A DNA stretch of 64,000 nt. Source: Salpingoeca rosetta (Eukaryota > Protista > Choanoflagellata). Location of the stretch: positions 1,458,351-1,522,350 of the forward strand of contig JAWQFM010000007.1 of NCBI GenBank assembly GCA_033442325.1, given 5' to 3'. The notes under the pieces were generated by a model. It was given only the letters and a program-made list of their open reading frames with translations, was not told where the DNA came from and searched no databases. Positions 1 through 13,232 of the stretch are shown here, piece after piece (position 1 is the first letter of the stretch; each line of letters starts with the position of its first letter). Made by a program: the position numbers and the translations under genes.

Positions 1-2973
1 TCAGCACTTACACCACCGTGGTACGAAAGTACACGCATACACACACACACACCTACGCATGCAAGCAGATCACTGCTGCTTGTACTGTCTCATTGCACCA
101 TGTCATTCATACGACAGGATCAAGGGCAAAGGCACAGGGCACGTACTGCACGCAGAGCCCATATAACTGGCTTCTCCCACACCCACACGTAAACACACAT
201 ACACGCACACACACGCACCCACACACGCACCCACACACACACGCACACAAACACGCCTGTGGACAGTGGAACAAGATGTTGCCAGACCCAGGGTTTGTTG
301 GCCTGGTGGTGTTTCCGGGTGCTGCTTCTGCACAAGCGGTGCCTGGCAGCCTGCTGTTTACGTCTCGGCCAGCACCGATCATTGAAGGGCGCCAAGACCG
401 CTTTGGGTATGTGTTCAGCATTCCAGCGTGCGCGATCCGCACCATCTCCTCTCAATATTGAACAACCACAAGCCACTCACTCACTCACTCACTCACTCAC
501 TCAACTCACTCACTCAACTCACTCACCCACCAACGCCACCAATGATCATGTGCTCAGGGGTTCATACCTGCAGGAGATGAAAGAGGAGCTGAAAGCCGTC
601 ATCAAAGGCATAGCGACCGTCGAGACCGGTGCGACCTGCAGACGTGCTGCTGGGTGTTGATGGCCAAGCAACGCGCAGCGCAGTGCAATGCGTCGATGAT
701 GCGACACGGCAGATGGGTCGCACAATACAATGCAATCACCCATAAGAAGCACCGTGAATGTCGATACTTGCACGCACGACACCCACTCACGCATACACAC
801 ACCACGTTCGCAGTGAACAAGCCAGCCCATGTACAAGGACTGTGGCCAGAGGAAGAGTGTTCACTTCGCCGCTACCTACGCGACTCCTTCGCGGCCAAAC
901 TTGTCGATGATGACAAGAATACGGAGACAATGCCGCTCTCGTCTTCTTCCTCGCCCACAGCCCTGGGTCAGGATACGAGCAACGAGGGAGCCATCGGGAA
1001 GACCCCTCGTCCTCCACCCATCGTGCCTTCGTTCAAAGCCAGGCGACCAGTGCGTCACAACTCATCCGACTTGTGCTTTCTTGCTTTGTCCACACGCATC
1101 CTCTTTGCGTTGCTTGTCTGCAGCGCGCACACACACACACGCACACACACACACGCATGAACACACGCACACAAACACACACACATGATCATTCGCCAAA
1201 CCACACACACATGATCATTCGCCAAACCACACCCACACACCATCCTTCATACCCACACACCATACAACATATTCACACACGTGTGCTGTCACTCTCTCGC
1301 GTGTTCGTGTGGTGGCGCAGAAGGTGATAGCAGTGACAACAGCAGCGAAAGCAAAGAAGGCGTCATCAAAGTCCACGAAGAAGCGCCAGAGCACGAGCTC
1401 GTCATCATCATCAACATCAAGCACCCCATCCACCCCTTCGAGCAACGCCAAGACCAAGACGAAGCCCAAGCCAAAAGATTGCAAACGAAGACCATCAACA
1501 GCAGCTGGCAGTGCCGATAACGCGAGCGAGACACCAGCCACCAAGGAGGCATCTGCACATAGTGGAGGCGACTCTGCGGGCGTCCACACCCAAGCGACGA
1601 AGGATGGCACGGCAGAGCTGGTGGATAGCGAGGTGCCAGCGAAGAAGCCGCAGCCGAAGAGGAAGCAAACGAAGACCGCATCAGCGACGAAGCGAGGACA
1701 AGCGAGCAAGCAACACAGTAGCAGTGGTGGGGGGAACGGCGAGAAGAGGCGAGACGAGAAGCGTCAGGGCGGCGGTGATGCAGATGGCGAGGATGCAGTG
1801 ACTGGTGAGACGGCGGCGACACAGCAAGATACCGCCGGTGGCGACAAAGGTGACACATCGGCTGCATCACCTGATGCGCAACGCAGCAAGAAGACGACAA
1901 CGGCACGACCAAGCACGAAGAAGGCGACGACGAAGAAGACGACGACGAAGAAGAACAAGAACAAGAAGAAGGACGACAAGGATAAGGCAAAGTTGTTGGG
2001 GGATGACGACGACAAGACAAGGGGCGACACCAGCAAGGAGGCGACTGTATCATCACCGAGAGCGGGCAAAGTCCTGTCGTCATCACCACCATCGCCAGCA
2101 GTGGCCAAGCAGCTGTTGCCCAGTCTGGATGCTGTTGCGAGCCAGCAGGGTGGCGAGGGCGTGGGGGAGGGCGGGAACGCCACGAAGAAGGCCAAGAAGG
2201 ACGACGGCGCTGCTGCAAAGAAGTCGACATCGACACGCAAGCGCAAGGACGTTGCCACCATGCGAAAGGAGGCCGAGGCAAAGGTTCGTGCGGCTGTGAT
2301 GCCTGTGCAAGGGGCGTGGTTATGATGGGCGGTGTGAGTAGTTCGTCTGGCGAGTGGACCTCCTCCTTGCTTTGTTTGACATGAAAACTAGCCAGGAGTG
2401 TGCCATGGCTGCTCAGCCCTACAGGCAGGCAGTCGTGGCCATTCCTTGGTTTTTTTTTTGGGGCGTGTCGCCTCACATGCACGACACCCGCACGTACATC
2501 TGCGATGTACAGGTGGCTTCGTTGAACATGAGCACCGTTGTGGAGAAGAGCGGCTTTGCGGCTCTCAACACGGAAGTGCTTCGACTCTGGCTCAGCAAGC
2601 ACAATGTCAAGGTTTGTTCCTGAGATCTTTCACAAGATCACACACGCACGCACGCGCGCACACGCAAACGCACACGCACACACGTATTCGCAAACGAGTG
2701 CGTCAAAGCGGGCGAGTGCGTGGGTACATTCGAGTGCACATGAACATGCCATCGTTGTGTTCATGCGTGCATTATGCAGTGTGACTGTCGCACAACCATT
2801 TCTCATCCACAACTCCATTGAGCACACCCCTTCCAGCCTTCCTTGCTGCACTCACGCGTGTGTCACCATCCCACCCTCGCACACACACACACACATACAT
2901 ACAGACGACAACCAAGATGAAGAAGGGTGTGCTGATCGAGAAGTGCAAAGAAGTAGTGGCTGCCAGCAGCTGA
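1..2973 (+). CDS. 3' part of a multi-exon hypothetical protein with K/S/T-rich region and C-terminal SAP-like motif
   Basis: GT-AG exons near 267-428, 558-628, 814-1050, 1321-2283, 2513-2611, 2905-2973. The last two join as ...GFAALNTEVLRLWLSKHNVK/TTTKMKKGVLIEKCKEVVAASS*, a SAP-like L-x2-L-x2-W-L...K-x2-L-I pattern. Start is outside the window. Confidence 0.55.
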
Positions 2974-3450
2974 AGTCCACAGCACACACCCAGCGCGGCT
3001 GTCATGTGGTCGTGTGCGTATCGTGTGTGTGTGTGTGTGTGTGTGTGTCGCTTGCATCTTTGTCTTGCGCCTTTGCCTAGTTTGTTCGGTCATTCATTCG
3101 CGTCATTTACTTGCTTGCGTGGGTGGGGTGTTAATGTGAACATGGGCAATAGAGAAGAGGTGCACCACCGCTGATAACGCACACGGGTCATTACGTGTGA
3201 AGTGTAAACAAACAGGCAAACAACGGCTAGGCGACCAACGCGTTGGGGGGGGGGGGAAGGGTTATAACATCACCGCCAGCAATGTGAGGGTGCACGATTG
3301 GTGGCAACACATGCGCACATCCACACCGTGCGCTTGTCGACCAACAGAAAGAAAAAAAAAACAAGTCGGACCAAGTGTCAAGAGTCGCTTCCTCAAACAC
3401 GAAAACAAATGCAGGCATCATCGCACTGTTGCAGTACGTGTGCGTATGTG

Positions 3451-4972
3451 TTATGCTGTTTGTGAGCTCGTATCGGTGGCAGTGCCTGTGCCGGTTGTGT
3501 GCACAATGATGTCTGGGTGGACAATCTCCTTGTGCGGGTGGGTGACGCGCGTGTGGATCAGGTAGTACATGTACTCGTCCATCAGCAGCTTGAGCACATT
3601 GCACGAGCCTGGTTGGTCATCAGCGAGAGCACATGCGTGGTGGTAGAGTGGTGGTGAGTGAGAAGGACTGTTTGTACTGCAAACGGTGCACATGAAGCAC
3701 AACAACGACAGCACAGAACAACAAGCACAACAGTAAGCACAGGAACGAGTACACGCAACAACGAACACACACACACACAGACAAAGTACGCAGCAGGCTG
3801 TCTCACCGAACGACGGGGCGCTCTTCATGGTGAGTTCACGCAGAATCTGGGAGGAGTAGAACGTCCACGCTTGCAGCAGCTTCCTTGCTGTCTTGTGCAA
3901 CAACTGATGTGTTGTGACAGAGGCCGAGGGGGGTAACAGAATGCCAACAAAGCAAAACAAAACAGAGGTATTGTGAGTCACTGCTGATCCACAGCGTGGT
4001 TCGTGCGCGCAGGCAACAAAACATGCGCTTTAACACGTGGTCCAGGCTACAAGCAAATGACAGCACTCAAATGATAACAACAACAGAACAACCGATGACA
4101 GCCTCTCAATGAAAGTGAGCGTTGGAAACACACCTCCATGCGTTCCACTTCGGTGTTTTTGCTTGAATCGCTGTCCTGTGCGGCATCAGGGCGTTCTGAT
4201 GGCGTCGACGCCGGGCCAAGCGTCAGCTTCCTGCGTGCATCCTCCGCAGCAGAAGAGCCCTTGGCCCCAGCTTGTGAGGGGACAGTGGGGGTCTTTTGAG
4301 CCTCCAGTGCATTCTGCTGTTGTTGCTGCTCGCTGGGCGGGGGTGTGCTGCGCGTGGGCGATGATGTGCCAGCGCCAGCACTGTCAGCAGAGGCGCCACT
4401 GCTCTGCTTGGCAGCGGCAGATGTGTCGACGCCGTCCTTGTTGCTTGACGATGTGCTCTTGCTGGGCTGTGTTCCTGGCTGCTGCTTCTGTTGGGACGCT
4501 GCGGCCTTGGTGTGTTGCTGCTCCTCGGCCGTGGCTGCCTGCACCTGCTGCTTGCTTTGGTGGGTTGTGCCCCGCCCTGCGCTCATGGCAGGCAGCGCGG
4601 GTGCGGGTGGGCAAGAGTCCAGAGGCGGCAGGTGCTCGTAGGACGGCGAGCTGTGGTCGTGCGAGCCGCTGTCCACGCTCATGGCATCAAAGTCAATGCC
4701 GACCATGGACTTGAACGTGCGCTTGACGATACTGTCGAGCCAGTGCGAGGCGTAGCTCAAGCCGCGCGGCTGGTCCAGAAACTCGAGCAGCTCCGCAAAG
4801 ATCCTGTCCACAAACGCGTCGGGGCAGTCTGTGACCCATGCGGATTCGCGTTTGATGGCCTTGAGGTTCACGCGGTCGAGATCGGTGCGCATTTGCTCCA
4901 CTTGCGCGTGGCTGTTCAGCATCTTCATACCGGCCTGTGCCAAGTTGTTGAGTGCCATGCGTCGCTGCATGA

Positions 4973-5039
<67 letters not shown>

Positions 5040-5695
5040 NNNNNNNNNNNNNNNNNNNNNNNNNNNNNNNNNNNNNNNNNNNNNNNNNNNNNNNNNNNNN
5101 NNNNNNNNNNNNNNNNNNNNNNNNNNNNNNNNNNNNNNNCAACTCCACAAGCATCCACCAGGACAACGAGCGTTCCACCAGCAACAGCGGCGGAAGAGCC
5201 AGGTAGAAGCCCGAAAGAGCACACTTCAAGGTGCCGAAGAACAAGGGCAAGGAGGCAAGAACCGCCGCCGCGGTAAGAACCAGAACGAGCCCGGACAGGC
5301 GCGAGCTGGTGTTCAAGGATGAGGCCAGGAGTCTGCGTTGGTGACGCCCATGCTCGGCACAGGGGCGCGAGTGCAGCTGCTTCGATGGCAGACGCGCCTT
5401 GGCCAATTCGCGGCGCATGCGCAAGAAGGTGTGATAAACAAGGACGACATCATTCTCGTCAGCTTGCGCGACTACCAGGACGGCAAGTGCGACATCATCC
5501 TCAAGTACACCATGGACGAGGCGCGAAACCTCATCAAGAACGGGCAGCTCCCAGCCGACACAAAGGTCAACGAGGGCGGCGACTCCGACAAGGAGCAGGA
5601 CGACACCGTTGTCTTCGCCGAGGTTGACAACGCAGGCGACGAGGAGGACTTTGACGTCGGTGGGGACGTGGACATTGATGACCTCTAAACGGCGA

Positions 5696-5753
<58 letters not shown>

Positions 5754-7184
5754 GCATGGCGACGTACCTCCTGCAACACCTCTGCTGCTGCCTTCTTGGC
5801 ACGGATGATGTTTGGTGGGAGGTTGGCATCAAGGCTTTCCAGGTCCTTCACTGTGGACACAATGTCCTCAACAAACTGTATGTAGTGGAGAAATGGATGC
5901 AATCAGAGTTGTGAGAAGTCAAGTCGAGATTTGCAACAATCATGCTTGCAGGCATGCCAGGAGGTCACGCACAACAGCTACTCACAGGCGTGAAGTGTGT
6001 GCGTGTGTGCGCGTGTGTGCGCGTGTGTTGTCGTGGGTGCGTCGTGTGCATACCGTGACAATGGTGCGGTGGGCGTTTGTTCCGACGGGGCGGAGAATCT
6101 CTGGCACAAACACGTGGAGCATTGTGTCGTAGAGGATGGAGTCCCAGAGCTCAATCTTGTTGCTCAGGCCCTCTGATGGCAGCAGTTGACGCATGCGGTC
6201 GGGCAAATCTGTCCAGAAGGCGTGGATCATCGCATACACGTTGCCGAAGCTCACGGACTTGACAGCCTCCAGCATGGTGACACAGTGGTTGCGGTAGAGC
6301 TCGCAGAAGGATGCAATGTCCTCCTCTAACGATGCGGTGTCGCGCTCCGTGACTGCCACACCCACTTCTTCCAGTTCAAGGTGGGGGAAGCCCGGCAGCT
6401 GGAGGGACTTGTCCATCGAGTGCATGAGCATCATCAAGGTTCCTGTGCTGATGCGGCTGATGGGCGACGTCACGCTGCTGCTGCTGCCCATCCCAAGCAT
6501 CGAGTTGGAGTCGTGCCTATGTTGCGTTTGTGTGTGAGAGAGAGTGTGTATGTGTGTGAGTGAGAGTCAGAGTGAATGAGTGCGTGGGTCAGAGTGCGCG
6601 AGTGTGAGTAAGAGTGTGTGAGTGTGAGTAAGAGTGTGTGAGTGTGAAAGTCAGAGTGTGTGAGTGTGAGAGTCAGAGTGTGTGAGTGTGTGTATGTGTG
6701 TGTGGGCATGTGCCAACGTGTCAGTGAATGGGAGAGTGAGCCAGTAAGTTTTGTGGGGCATGTTGTTTGTGTGCGTGCAAAACAAGTGCGAGCAAACCCA
6801 GTGTGTGGCTCACGTTGTTGCCTCTGTTTCCTCGTCGGCAAGGCGAAGCATGGCGACGGCGGAGGATGGCTTGATGCGCAGGCCCTCGTAGTGGTACTTG
6901 CTGTGGCCACGCGAGCCAAGGCGGCGTGAGGTGACGCCAGGGAACACGCCACGGATCACTTTGCCGAACCCGGCGGCGTTGCAGGGTTCTTGCATCATGC
7001 TCTGCATGTGCCGGCAGTATGCCTTGTACACGAGGCGGCGCTCCACCGTGAAACCGGTCTTGAGCTCAAAGTTTGCTCGCAGCCAAGTGACTGTGTCCTC
7101 GTCAATGCGCACCGCACGGTTGCGGTGGCGGCGCGGGGATGTAGCCAACTCAGTCTGTGTGCAAAACGTTGAGTGCGTGCGTGC

Positions 7185-7228
<44 letters not shown>

Positions 7229-8964
7229 GTGTGTGCGTGTGTGCGTGTGTGTGAAGCGGCGGTGAGATGATTGAGGAAGCCCAAGCACCAAATTGAAACA
7301 AATGTTTCGCAAGCATGGTTCATGTCCAAGCATACATACACACAGAGACAGAGACACACCCAGAGACACACCCAGACACAGAGACACCCAGGTGAGACGT
7401 ACATCGTCGATGCTGGCACTTGAAGGAGTGGCAGGTGGTGTGGCGGCATGCATGCTTGAGCCGTGGACGGTGGTGAACTTGAGGCCACCGGGAAGCTGGG
7501 TGGTGGAGGTCATGGCAGAGATGTTGCTGGGACGCACCATCATCACACGCGGGTGCTGAGCTTGTTGCTGCTGCTGTTGCTGCTGCTGGAAGGCGTAGCC
7601 CTGGCCGCCCTCCTGCGCGTAGTAGGATGGGTATTCAAAGCGCACGTTCTTGGCAACATCATCAGCGCTGACAGACCCTTGTTGATGGTGGTGATGGTGG
7701 GCGGCATACTCTTGTTGCCTCCTGCCGTTCCCCGCTGTGGAGCGGAATGGTGAGCTGGGAGCGCTGGCACCGCTTGCCCCGCCACGGCCCTCGTTGCGCC
7801 TGCGCGGGTGGTGGCTCTGGGCAGAACGGGATGGGCTGCCGTACATGCCAGCCTGCTGTTGCTGCTGTTGGTGCTGCTGCTCGTCCTCGGGGTGAGCATA
7901 TGTCATGGCAAACTCTGGCCGTGGCCTGCTGCGGTCTTGCTGACGGTCGTGTTGCGATGCCGCGGCGAACATGTGTGCCGCTGGTCCGCCAAAGGGCGCC
8001 ATCATCTGCGGCGCAAAGGATGCAGGCGTTGCCGTCTGTGCAAGGGCAACGTGCGTGCGTGTGTGTGTGAATGCATGTGTTTGCAGAGGTAGTGTTTGTG
8101 AGTGGGACAGTCGGGAGGCGGACAGGGAGGTTGGCAGAGAGGCGGAGAGGAAGGCGGACAAGGAGGCGGACAGGGAGGCGGACAAGGAGGCGGACAGGGA
8201 GGCGGACAGGGAGGCGGACAGCAAAACAGACAGGAAGGCGGGCAGGAAGACTGGACACACACACACACACACACACATACACACAAACCAAACAAAGCAA
8301 ACACACACATACACACACACACACACCTCAAAGTTGAAGCGGTGGACGCCCTCCATAGCTCTGTTGGCTGCATATGCTGCTTCTTGCGCAGTGTCCATGC
8401 CGCTCCTCACGGCGGCACGGCCCATGGCCTGGATGTTGGCAGCATCTGCACACAACCACCGCCAGGGAGGGAAATCAGCGCATACACAACGTGAGAATAA
8501 GCAGCCACAGCATCGGCATCATCAGCACACACACACACCATCTCCGGTCTTCTTCAACTGTTGGTTGTGTGCACTGTGTGGTCACATCACAACCGCCTCT
8601 CAAATGCAAACAAAGTCTCATGTCATCAAGTCATCACCCAGCAGCCATGACCAACAATGTAAACAAACAACCCAACGGAAGTCATGAACGAAACCCAGGA
8701 CAGCACCACCACCCCACCAAGCCACAACGAACATCCATCAATCAATCCATCAATCCATCCATCCACGCAGGCACGTACGGGCACAGTCAACCGCTTCTCC
8801 CCGCACGTCACCCAAACATGGGCATCACGACAGCCACTGTTCGATGTTGCGATGGGCGTGTCAAAGCTGCATGTCGTTGGCGCAGGCGACTCACCGCTGT
8901 AAGGGTTGCCATGCACCTTGGGGCGCTTGCTGGGCTGCGGTTCGAGCTGGTGCTGGGTGTCCAT
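3451..8964 (-). CDS. RFX: RFX-family winged-helix transcription factor with DNA-binding and dimerization domains
   Basis: DBD exon ~6812-7152: TVTWLRANFE...VYKAYCRH...NAAGFGKVIRGVFPGVTSRRLGSRGHSKYHYEGLRIK. Downstream LNNLAQAG...QMRTDLDRVNL and dimerization motif LLQAWTFYSSQILRELTMKSAPSFG/SCNVLKLLMDEYMYYLI. ATG 8964 is inferred; stop at 3451. Confidence 0.95.
5040..5139. other. Assembly gap (100 N)
   Basis: Run of N next to a (TG)n tract. Confidence 1.
5231..5688 (+). pseudogene. EIF1A: Intronless eIF1A sequence with frameshifted 5' half, antisense inside an RFX intron (pseudogene or misassembled read end)
   Basis: PKNKGK-GKNRRRGKNQNE...RELVFKD is recognisable across shifting frames. The 3' half is intact: INKDDIILVSLRDYQDGKCDIILKYTMDEARNL...DIDDL*. 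Start codon reads GTG. Confidence 0.85.
8113..8220. repeat. 12-bp minisatellite (GGAGGCGGACAR) in an RFX intron
   Basis: Tandem ggaggcggacag/ggaggcggacaa units. Confidence 0.85.
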
Positions 8965-9646
8965 CGTGGAAGACGGGTAGGGGTAGGGGTTGTTGTGGAC
9001 AAGAGGGGAGTGTGGTGAATGAAATGGTTGTCCGCGATGTTGTGTGGCGTCGACGGCGTCTCACGGATATGCCCTGAAGCAATGTCTCGTTCTTGGGGTG
9101 ATGCCACACCGCTGCACGGCAAATACTATGCAACGCAGACGGAAGCTATGCGCAAGGAAAGTGTGCACGGCAACGGCCGCAGTTGGCTGGAGATCTCCCC
9201 TCCACATGCCTCGTCGAGCACAACACTGTGCCTGCAGGCACTGGTCGGAAAGCAAACCGCCCAGGTTGCATGGCTGCCCGGTGTTTTGCGTGCCTGCAGG
9301 CAACTTGGCTATGTGGGTCATCTCCGGAATGCACTGCATGCAGCCGAAATCCACATTCATCACCGCCATGGCGCGAAATACTTTCTTTGAGGGCAACTGG
9401 CACGTCCAAAGGATGCAAGTGTGTGTGTGTGTGTGGTTCTTTCCTTTTCTCTTGCTTGTTGCTTGGTCGTGGTCGTGGTTGTGGTGTGTGGGTTGGCATT
9501 CTTGGAGTGCTTGAGGTTCGCACACACGCAGGAATTCGCTTGTTTAGGTCTTGTGGGTATGCTGCATGTCTTTGCGTGGGTGTTTTTGAAAAACCCGCGG
9601 CGCGCCAGCGGTAGAAGTTATTTTATGGTGTCGTGTCGTGTTCCTG

Positions 9647-10383
9647 TTACTCTCTGAACAATGCAAAAAACGGGTTTGCTTCTTCCTCTTCTTCCTCCTC
9701 CTCTTCTTCTTCTTGTTGGCGTGCTTCTGTTGTGGCATGCACCTGGTCGCCTCCTTGATTGTTCGACGCCCTGGCACGCTGCTTGCTGGTGTCTCTTGTG
9801 CGCACTGCCGCCGTATCTCCCTCTTCATCTCCATCATCATCGTCGTCGTCGTCAGCAGCAGCAGCAGTAGCCTGTGGCTGTGCCGCTGTGTCATTTGCAG
9901 TTGTATTGGCGGCGGCTATCTTCTGCTCTGCTTGCGGCTTCTCGACGCTCGCCTTCTCCTTCTCTTCCTGTTGCTGCTGCTGCTTGGGTTCCTTTCTCGT
10001 CGGTGTGGCTGTCGGTGTTGCTGTTGTTGCTGCGGCTGGCTGTGAGCCGTCACCGAGCTCACCGCGCGCGCGACGCCACTCCTCCGCCCCGCTCTGCCGC
10101 CCCACCAGCTCCTGCGCACTCAACGCAGGCTCCGTTCTCCGCGGCTCCGCAAACAAACTGCACAAGCGCGCACACAGAGAGGAAGGTGCCAGGGAATCAA
10201 TCAATTGGAGTGGGCAACGTGCGACAAGTAGAAGCACAGGGGCAGACACACAAACACAGACAGACAGACAGGCTGACAACCAAACAAGCGTGCGCAGATT
10301 ATCACGGGCAAACAAGCAAGCAGGTCAAACACACGCACACACACACACACTGATGCACACTGATACACACCGACACACACACA

Positions 10384-10420
<37 letters not shown>

Positions 10421-10629
10421 ATACATACAAACACACACACACACAAACACACTCATACATACAAACACACACCGATACCCACACCCGTACCTCTGCCGCT
10501 CAGTCTCCAGGCTCTGAAGAATAGCTTCGCGTTGGATTTCGGGCACACCGGCAAGCAGTTGCTGGTTGATGGTCTTGATCATATCTGCCAGCCAGTCCTC
10601 AGACACCTGCAAGCCCCACCAGGCAATAC

Positions 10630-10728
<99 letters not shown>

Positions 10729-10992
10729 CACATATACACACACATGCCCAGCGAGTGCAAGTGTCAGTGCACAGCACGTCAAGCACGAGATACCTCTTCA
10801 GCGTGCATGCAAGCAGCCGAATGGCAACAACGGGCGCACCGCACACCTTGTCTCTGCGGAGAAGGGTTGCCTCACGCTGCTGGCTATACCGCCAAATCAC
10901 ATCAGCCATCCCAATCGGCGTGAACGCAAACACATACGACAGCTTCTTGCCTGATGATGATTGGTGGTGGTGATTGGTGATGATGACGATGA

Positions 10993-11025
<33 letters not shown>

Positions 11026-11143
11026 GTGTCACTTATTGGTTGGGAAATGCAGCAAATGGAAGTGCCACACGCAAGGAACAAAGCAGCGAAACCATGGTGC
11101 TGTGGAGAGCGTGGACCAAGTATGGCGTAATTTCGCACCCACA

Positions 11144-11187
<44 letters not shown>

Positions 11188-11906
11188 CATGCACAAGCAA
11201 AACACAACACAAAATTAGTACAGAATGGTACAACTCACCCCAGCCGCGCTCGTACATGAGCGGCTTGTCACACGCTTGCTCACACGGGTCACAGTGCAGC
11301 CACCGCTGCTGGCTCGTACTGAACACCTCAGCCCACACGTGGTCCGTGTAGTCAAGCACATAGCGTGTGTGGAACCTGGAGCGCGCGGCGTGTGTGCGTG
11401 CGTATGTGCGTGTGCGTGCGTGTGTGTGTGTGTGCGTGCGTGCGTGTGTGTGTGTGTGCGTGTGTGTGTGTGTGTGCGTGTGTGTGTGTGTGTGTGTGCG
11501 TGTGTGTGCGTGTGTGTGTGAGGAGAGGCGCGACCGGTTGCATGCAGGGAACGCAGGATGCGCAGTTCGCTTGGTACAGCCAAACCAACGCCATCAGTTA
11601 GCAAAGATGACTCACCCGAGTGCACGGCAGCAGAGGACAAAGCAGTTTGCCCACTCGCCGCAGCGCCCGCGTCGCGTCTCCAGCAGCTTGCCTGGTGGCA
11701 GTTGGTGTCGTTGGAAGTTGAGCATTAGGTGGGGAAGCAGGTGCCGTGGGTGAAAGGCAGAATAACACAAAGCCGTGCATAGGTTGGTAGGTACAGGTGC
11801 AACAGACAAAGACGAGCGGGGGAGCAGGGAGGGGGCGGGCAGAAAGGCACGCAGACACACAGATACACACGCAGAGAAAAGCAAGAAGCTACACACAGAC
11901 ACAGAC

Positions 11907-11945
<39 letters not shown>

Positions 11946-13189
11946 CACACACACACACACAGACAGACAGACAGACAGACAGACAGACCTGGGTGGTTGT
12001 AACGAGGGAAGCGTGTACTGCGGCCACAGGACTTGCACTGGTGGACCTCAACACGCCCCGCCTGCCACCTTGCCTCGTCCCCAAGCGGGGCAGTCATGCC
12101 AGCGACCTTCGTCTTGCCGCCGCAGTACTCGCACGGCAGCGTGTCAACCCACGTGAAGAACTCCTTCTTGAACCACCGCAGCAGCTCCAGCAGCAGCCTG
12201 TCCTCGGCACTCTTCTCGCCCTTGTCGTCCCGGTCATCCGCGCGCCGTCGAAGTTCATCCACAGGGATGCGTGCACGCGCCTGTGCCTGCAGTGCAGGTT
12301 GCTGCAGAACCAGGCGAGGGAGGGGAGCACATGGCGAGCAAGTGAGTGAGTGAGCGTCGTGGTGTGTGCTTGGCGTGTGTGCACATGGCTGGCTTCGCGG
12401 TGTTGTGAGCATGTGTACAATGGGCATAGGTGTTCTGCTGACAGATAGGCAGACAGACAAACCAGCAAGCGCGCGAGGAGGTTGCAGTTGCAGAGCGCGC
12501 ATACTGCAGTCGCACCACCACACAATGACAGCGCTCCGTACCTCGTAGATGCGCATGCGAGAGATGTGGGAGGTGAGGGTTTGCACCATTTGCTGCCGGG
12601 CCTGTTGTTCCTGCGCGTCGCGTGCTTCCTTGCGCCGCCGCTCCTCCATCGCCTGTACCTGCTTCTGCTTTGCAGCCAGCGCTGCCTTGAGGACAGTCAG
12701 CAGGTTGTCCACGCTCTTGAGGCTGTCGCCAGAGAACACAAGATGGCCGGCTTCCTTCACAAACCCCATGGCTTGCATGCACTCTTCCCCGCCCGGCACC
12801 TGTGTGTGCGCGCGCGCGTGTGGATGTGTGCGTGTGTGTGTGTGCATGTGTACGCGTAAGCTTGGTACGTCGTACAGAGTCGGAGGGAGCGCACACACGC
12901 TTATGCTAGCGTCGTGACCAGCCCAAGCACGGTGTTCCACCACGACCACAACCACAACCGCAAGGCCGCGAGTGCACAGCCACCCCGCTGTTGCTTGCTT
13001 GCCTGATACACGCGTGTTTGGAACGACGTGTTCGCAAGGTTGATGCGGCGGTACTTGTCATCGTCTGGGTTCCGCTTCAGGTTCTCTGCGTTCACACCCA
13101 CGACACCCACCCACACACACACACACCCACCACACACACACACACACACACCACCACACACACACACACACACACCACCACACACCACA

Positions 13190-13232
<43 letters not shown>

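Noticed and set aside
1177-1232. 26-bp direct repeat (...atgatcattcgccaaacc) x2
   Set aside because: Local intronic slippage; no spacers, so not CRISPR-like.
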